64,000 bases of DNA from Acidimicrobiia bacterium (GTDB lineage Bacteria > Actinomycetota > Acidimicrobiia > IMCC26256 > PALSA-610): positions 77,269-141,268 of the forward strand of contig JBBQTI010000003.1 of the NCBI GenBank assembly GCA_038213435.1, read 5' to 3'. Within the stretch, counting starts at the first letter, position 1; each line of letters opens with the position of its first letter. The notes below the pieces were generated by a model. The model was not told where the DNA came from and did not search any database. It saw nothing but the letters and a program-made list of their open reading frames with translations. The position numbers were made by a program, and so were the translations under genes. Below, one piece after another: positions 59,644 to 64,000 of this stretch.

Positions 59644-62080
59644 CGATGGGCGCGTTCGCATCCAGCCGCGGGGCGGCATTCTCGCGGAATCGCCGCATCA
59701 CCTGCTCGTACGGAGCGGGGCGAGCGAACAGGAATCCCTGCCCGAAATGGCATCCGAGCTGTTGGATCCGCCGCAGCTTCCGGTCGGTGTCGATCCCCTC
59801 GGCGACGACCTTCAGGTCGAATGCGCGTCCGAGCTGGACCATGATCTGCAGCAGCACCAGGTCGGAGCCCTCCTCTTCGAGCACGGCGACGAACGACCGG
59901 TCGATCTTGAGCTCGTCGATCGGAAGCCGGTGCAGGTAGGTGAGCGAGCTGTACCCCGTCCCGAAGTCGTCGAGCGCGATGCGCACGCCGAGGGACTTCA
60001 GCTCCTCGAGCAGGGCGATGGTCTCGTCGGCGTCGTCGACGAGCACGGACTCGGTGATCTCGAGCCCGAGCAGCTCCGGCGCGAGCCCCGTCTCGCGCAG
60101 CGCGCCCGCGACCGCGTCTACGACCGAATGACTGTCGAACTGCCTCGGCGACACGTTCACCGAGACACCGACGCCCGGCGCGACATCTTGCCATTCGGCG
60201 CAGTCATGCGCCGCGCGCCGGAGCATCCATTCACCGATCGGGTGGATGAGGCCGGTCTCCTCCGCGATCGCGATGAACTGGTCCGGCGGAACCAGTTGCT
60301 CACCGGGACGCTTCCATCGGACGAGTGCTTCCAGGTGGGCGGGCCGCCCGGACGCGAATGCGACGATGGGCTGGTAGTACGCGACGAGCTCGTCGCGATC
60401 GATGGCGCGGCGAAGCGCGGACTCGAGGTCGAGCCGGGCGGAGACGAGCGTCTGCATCCGTTCGTCGAAGAGCTCGATACGCCCCCGACCCCGGTCCTTC
60501 GCGCGGTACATCGCCGCGTCGGCGTGGCGGACGAGCTCGTCGGCAGGATCGTCGCCACCGGTCCAGACCGCGATGCCAATCGAGGCGGTGAGCATCACCT
60601 CGTCGGCACCGAGGACGAACGGTGCGCGCAGCACCTCGTCGAGCCTGCCCGCAAGGTCGGTGATCTCGTCGATGTCGCGCACCTCGTCGCAGAGCACGAC
60701 GAACTCGTCGCCGCCGAGCCGGGCGACGGTGTTGCCTTGACCGGCTCCCGACCAGAGCCGCTCGGCAACGTCGACGAGCAACGCGTCACCGACGTCATGG
60801 CCGAGGCTGTCGTTGACATGCTTGAACCGGTCCAAGTCGAGCAGCACCACGCCGACAACCGTGCGGTGGCGCTGCGCTCGACGGATCGCCTCGTCGAGCC
60901 GGTCGATGAGAAGTTTGCGGCTCGCAAGGCCGGTCAGCTCGTCGTACAACCCGCGCTGCTCGAGCGCCCGCGACGCCTCCTTTTCCTTCGTGACGTCACG
61001 CACGATCGCGGTCGTGAGCGTGCGCCCCTCGATCGTCGTCTCGGAGATCGAGATACGCGCCTCGAACTCCTCGCCGTCGGCCCGGGCGGTCACGATCTCG
61101 AGCGGAACTTCGGTACGCGTCGCGCCGAGCGATTTCCGCAGCCATATTCGGTACTCGGCGGATTCCGGGAGCAGATCTGTGTACTGACCGCCGACGACGT
61201 CGGAGGCCGACACCCGAAAGATACGTTCCGCCGCCTTGTTGAACTCGAGGATCGCGCCGGTGTCGTCGCTTGTGATGATCGCGTCCGCGGCCGTCTCCAA
61301 GATGCTCCGCATCCGCAGCTCCGACATACGCAGTGCGTCCTCCGACCGGCGGTGGGCGTCGATGTCGTGCATGCTGAGCACAACACCGCGGATATCCGGG
61401 TCGTCGAGGCGGTTCGCGATCGAGCATTGGAACCATTGGTACTCGCCGTCGGAACGGCGCAGTCGCAGCTCGACGATCGGCACATCCGACGCGTCGTCGG
61501 CGACGGCGAGGAAACGCTCGACGATGCACCCGACGTCGTCGGGATGCACGAGGTCGACTGCGCAACCCCCGATCATCTCCTCCGCCGGGTACCCGAGCGT
61601 CGCTTCCACAGACGGTGACACCCACGAGAGCCCGCTGTCGGGACTGGTGATCGCGACGACGTCGGAGCTGTCTTGCGAGAGCGCGGCGGCGCGGCCGCGC
61701 GCGCCGACGAGCTCGCCGATGTCGTACGTCATGGTCGCGACCACGTCGTCGTCGACCGGGACGGCGATCACGCGTCTCCACGCCGGCGCGCCGGATGGCA
61801 GGCGGACCTCGTGGTCGGTCTCGACCCGTTCTCCGGAGGTGAGCGCCGCCTCGAGGATCGGACCGATCTGCTCGCGGGCGACCGCGCCGGTGTTCGCGTC
61901 GAGGGGCTCCCAATCGATCCCGCCGGCGTGGCGAACCGCACGGAACACGACGAACCCGACACCTGCGCGCTCCAGCGCGGAACGGGCGAAGTCTCGTACA
62001 TCGGTTTCACGCCGCACACCAGGTCTATCGGCGGTGCCCCGAGCACTGCTGAGCAATACGTCCGGCGTAGCAAACAGCAC
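59627..62080 (-). CDS. PAS-PAS-GGDEF-EAL signalling protein (diguanylate cyclase/phosphodiesterase)
   Basis: Protein-like part of track ORF 59627..62266. Intact GGDEF (ARLGGDEFVV) and EAL (LEALVRW, DDFGTGYSSL) motifs and two PAS-like regions. The start is uncertain (GTG 62080 or GTG 62017). Codons upstream of 62080 cover the tRNA-like fragment. Confidence 0.85.
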   Translation of the reverse strand: MLFATPDVLLSSARGTADRPGVRRETDVRDFARSALERAGVGFVVFRAVRHAGGIDWEPLDANTGAVAREQIGPILEAALTSGERVETDHEVRLPSGAPAWRRVIAVPVDDDVVATMTYDIGELVGARGRAAALSQDSSDVVAITSPDSGLSWVSPSVEATLGYPAEEMIGGCAVDLVHPDDVGCIVERFLAVADDASDVPIVELRLRRSDGEYQWFQCSIANRLDDPDIRGVVLSMHDIDAHRRSEDALRMSELRMRSILETAADAIITSDDTGAILEFNKAAERIFRVSASDVVGGQYTDLLPESAEYRIWLRKSLGATRTEVPLEIVTARADGEEFEARISISETTIEGRTLTTAIVRDVTKEKEASRALEQRGLYDELTGLASRKLLIDRLDEAIRRAQRHRTVVGVVLLDLDRFKHVNDSLGHDVGDALLVDVAERLWSGAGQGNTVARLGGDEFVVLCDEVRDIDEITDLAGRLDEVLRAPFVLGADEVMLTASIGIAVWTGGDDPADELVRHADAAMYRAKDRGRGRIELFDERMQTLVSARLDLESALRRAIDRDELVAYYQPIVAFASGRPAHLEALVRWKRPGEQLVPPDQFIAIAEETGLIHPIGEWMLRRAAHDCAEWQDVAPGVGVSVNVSPRQFDSHSVVDAVAGALRETGLAPELLGLEITESVLVDDADETIALLEELKSLGVRIALDDFGTGYSSLTYLHRLPIDELKIDRSFVAVLEEEGSDLVLLQIMVQLGRAFDLKVVAEGIDTDRKLRRIQQLGCHFGQGFLFARPAPYEQVMRRFRENAAPRLDANAPIDAVRS

Positions 62081-62141
62081 TCCGGGCCGGCACGATTCGC
62101 CCGATTTCTTCGGTCTAGGCGCCTCGGGCGGGGGGTCGATC

Positions 62142-62188
62142 GGTGGGCCCGGCCGGTCTCGAACCGACGACCTCTGCTTTGTAAGAGC
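62142..62188 (-). other. 3' half of a tRNA-Val(TAC)-like sequence (anticodon loop to acceptor end); candidate att repeat
   Basis: The minus strand reads GCT CTTACAA AGCAG AGGTC GTCGG TTCGAGA CCGGC CGGGCCC A CC. That is a canonical anticodon loop (C-U-UAC-A-A), variable loop, T-arm and acceptor 3' strand. The 31 nt upstream do not form a proper acceptor, D-arm or anticodon 5' stem. Confidence 0.55.
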
Positions 62189-62315
62189 GTTCCGCGCGAT
62201 GCTCCGACCTGCGCCCGTCCGCGAAACACCAGGTTGGGCGATACGCCTCGCGTCACGTCGCGACACCTCGCGCCGCCTAAATCCACGACGACCGCGCGAG
62301 GAACGCGCGACGGCA

Positions 62316-62867
62316 TCACGCTCGGCGACTGCGCGCGGTGTGCGGAATCAATCCGGCCTTGCGTCCCGCGCGCAGATGCCTCTGCGCCGCGGACTTGCTG
62401 TAACCCAGCGCCATCACGGCTCGAACACGGCCGCGCTGTTCCGCACCCTCGACGGCTGCCTTGATCCTTGCCATCTCGGCGGGTGTAGTTCGCGATCCGG
62501 TCGGACCGCGTAACCGCCTGACGGCGGCTTTCACCTCGTCGGAGTCAGGTCGCCGGCGCGGTGGAAAGCGAGTCTGCCGGCTCCCGTCCGGCGCGTACTC
62601 GAACACCTGCGCCGCGTGTCGCGCCGCAAGATCGGCAAGCTTGCCGAAGGGGATCGTGCGAAGTGCCTGGGCGGTCACCACAGGCCCGCCCTCGCGTGCT
62701 CGCACCTCGAGCCGCGTGATGCCCAGCCGTTCGTCCGGATCGACGGCATCGAGCTCGAGCGTGACGTCGAAGTCACAACCGTCGAGATCCGCGACCGTCA
62801 CTACCGTCGGAAGCCCGAACGCGATGCCACCTCGTGGGCTCGAATCCACGACCAGCTCCGTGCTCAT
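62316..62867 (-). CDS. hypothetical protein with HTH-like C-terminus (element-borne)
   Basis: ATG 62867 (MSTELVVDSS...) is preferred over ATG 62918. High GC3. The C-terminus MARIKAAVEGAEQRGRVRAVMALGYSKSAAQRHLRAGRKAGLIP looks like a DNA-binding helix pair. Confidence 0.5.
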   Translation of the reverse strand: MSTELVVDSSPRGGIAFGLPTVVTVADLDGCDFDVTLELDAVDPDERLGITRLEVRAREGGPVVTAQALRTIPFGKLADLAARHAAQVFEYAPDGSRQTRFPPRRRPDSDEVKAAVRRLRGPTGSRTTPAEMARIKAAVEGAEQRGRVRAVMALGYSKSAAQRHLRAGRKAGLIPHTARSRRA

Positions 62868-62916
62868 CTGCGCCCGCACCTGTATGCGAGGGCGTCGCGT
62901 TTCGCCGCTAGGTGTC

Positions 62917-63339
62917 ATGTTTCGCCCGCACTCTTGTATCGCACCTGCATGTGCGACACCTTACGGCATCCGCCAGGCCACGAACGCCATCGCCACCCTC
63001 GAAACGATGCGCCGACTCGTCGACGCCATCGCCGGTCTCGGTGGACTCGACGCCGGTGCCCGCGTCTGCCTGTTCTGCGACGTGTCCGGCCCTGACGCCC
63101 TCGACGCAGCCCGAGACGCCTACCGCTCGAGGAACGGCCGATGGCCTGGCCTGTTCTCCGTGGAAGGCGTCACGCCCCAGCTCCACACTCCAGACGAGGC
63201 CCAACAGGCGACGAAGGCGACCCGCGCCGTCACCGCCGAACGAGACGCCGCGTCCAAGGCTGAGCACGACGCCGGCGTCGAGGAGCACAAGGCCCGGCTC
63301 CGTCGAGCTCGAGGATTCCCCGAACGGACCAGCGCATGA
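62917..63339 (+). CDS. hypothetical protein (element-borne, 140 aa)
   Basis: ATG 62917 inside track ORF 62461..63339. High GC3. MFRPHSCIAPACATPYGIRQATNAIATLETMRRLVDAIAGL... No recognisable motif. Confidence 0.45.
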   Translation: MFRPHSCIAPACATPYGIRQATNAIATLETMRRLVDAIAGLGGLDAGARVCLFCDVSGPDALDAARDAYRSRNGRWPGLFSVEGVTPQLHTPDEAQQATKATRAVTAERDAASKAEHDAGVEEHKARLRRARGFPERTSA

Positions 63340-63574
63340 CAACAACCTCGTCGCTCGCGGTTGGGCGCACGCTTGGTGATCGCCCGCCCAGCTCGAGCAC
63401 GACACCGACCGCGCGCACCTGGCACCGCTCACCGGTGCGCGCGGTTCGGTGCAACCCACAAGGCCAAAGGGCAGGGGGGCGAGGCCCTAGGGGGCCCGGA
63501 TATAGACCGACAGGTACTGCGGCTGCGGGTGCGTGCAATGCGCCCTAGGCGTTTTTCGAGCTCTCTGAGGTGCG

Positions 63575-63970
63575 ATGACGACTTCTAGACCGAGGCTTCC
63601 GGTGAAGCTGGGCGTGGCGGGGAAGAGCGTGTGGCGTGCGCTGGTCGCCGATTACGACTTCGATAGTCGAGAGTTGGCGATCCTGGAGCGCGCGTGTCGT
63701 CAGTTGGATGACGTGGCGATGTTGGAACGGCTGCTGGCGCGTGATGGGCCGATCGTGGAGGGCTCGATGGGTCAGCCGCGGTTGAGTCCGATCGTGGGCG
63801 AGTTGCGGCTCGGTCGCCTCGCGGCGGCGAAGTTGCTCGGTGATCTCGTGCTACCTGACGAGGACGCGAAGCCGATGACGGCGCGGTCGGAGCGGGCGCG
63901 GCGCGCGGCGAACTCGCGATGGACTCGTGTCACCCGATTGCAGGAGAAGCGTGGCGCGGCGTTGGCGTGA
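63575..63970 (+). CDS. phage terminase small subunit (P27-family-like)
   Basis: 131 aa. LGVAGKSVWRALVADYDFDSRELAILERACRQLDDVAMLERLLARDGPIVEGSMGQPRLSPIVGELRLGRLAAAKLL matches the remembered P27 pattern (W...l......D...L..yc.....a...l...G........G....nP). GAGG sits before the ATG. Confidence 0.6.
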   Translation: MTTSRPRLPVKLGVAGKSVWRALVADYDFDSRELAILERACRQLDDVAMLERLLARDGPIVEGSMGQPRLSPIVGELRLGRLAAAKLLGDLVLPDEDAKPMTARSERARRAANSRWTRVTRLQEKRGAALA

Positions 63971-64000
63971 TCCGGCGCCGGCATTGCGCGCCCAGCTCGC

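Larger units (their letters stand above)
62142..64000. mobile_element. edge of a prophage-like integrated element (continues beyond the right window edge)
   Basis: A tRNA 3'-half at the boundary, followed by small genes of unknown function and a P27-type small terminase gene. No integrase is in the window; one is expected at the far, tRNA-proximal end. Confidence 0.5.

Noticed and set aside
62142-62218. A complete 76-nt tRNA on the minus strand, starting GGGCGCAGG... exactly 31 nt before the anticodon loop.
   Set aside because: The acceptor stem has two mismatches, the D-arm lacks the conserved GG and pairs poorly, and the anticodon stem pairs at only 3 of 5 positions. Only the 3' 47 nt are tRNA-like. 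I kept it as a fragment or att site, with a degenerate pseudo-tRNA as the alternative.
63340-63574. Possible HNH endonuclease remnant upstream of the small terminase (strings LEHDTDRAHLAPL and AHRCARFGATHKAKG).
   Set aside because: The two HNH-like strings are overlapping translations of the same nucleotides in different frames, so they cannot both be real. There is no start codon and no continuous frame. The evidence is too weak.

Overview
This is a gene-dense 64-kb segment of about 70% GC that looks like an Actinomycetota chromosome. It carries F420-type LLM and PPOX enzymes and DinB/TIGR03086-type proteins. GTG and TTG starts are frequent, and many operon junctions are 4-nt GTGA or ATGA overlaps. 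I can support about 58 protein-coding genes, several decayed genes, one tRNA-derived fragment, and no rRNA, intact tRNA or CRISPR array.

Layout:
- 1-2.5 kb: most of a RecB-like nuclease/helicase gene whose 3' end runs off the left edge.
- 2.6-24.6 kb: acyl-CoA and lipid-type metabolism (two AMP-ligases, three crotonases, an orphan carboxyltransferase, SDRs, LLM, PPOX, NMO). Two modules interrupt it: a NOX-like ferric reductase + FMN-binding protein + ApbE (5.0-7.7 kb), and a WYL/YafY regulator flanked by two DinB paralogues (16.5-19.1 kb).
- 24.6-28.6 kb: a decaying accessory patch with a BBE-oxidase remnant, a secreted protein split over three frames, and a PadR/methyltransferase pair with a perfect palindromic operator.
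- 28.6-34.7 kb: GT1 + class III cyclase-STAND-TPR + PAP2 + GNAT.
- 34.8-37.2 kb: orphan P-II, short VOC, cupredoxin and a DUF2330-like protein.
- 37.3-59.1 kb: a large envelope-glycan locus. It holds four recognisable GT-C-type membrane proteins (three GT39-like, one of them 5'-truncated, plus one AftB-like) and two further candidate polytopic proteins. It also holds one Ppm1-like GT2, a GMC oxidase, two SDR epimerases, two AT3-SGNH acyltransferases, a sulfotransferase and a membrane-embedded spermidine-synthase-like protein.
- 59.1-62.1 kb: adk coupled to a PAS-PAS-GGDEF-EAL gene.
- From 62.14 kb: the 3' half of a tRNA-Val-like sequence followed by phage-like genes, including a small terminase. 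This looks like the edge of an integrated element.

The best candidates for something new are the glycan locus, the flavinylation module with a signal-less ApbE, and a recurring pattern of short tandem repeats placed exactly on translation-initiation regions.

All functional names come from motif recognition by eye. No database search or computation was possible.
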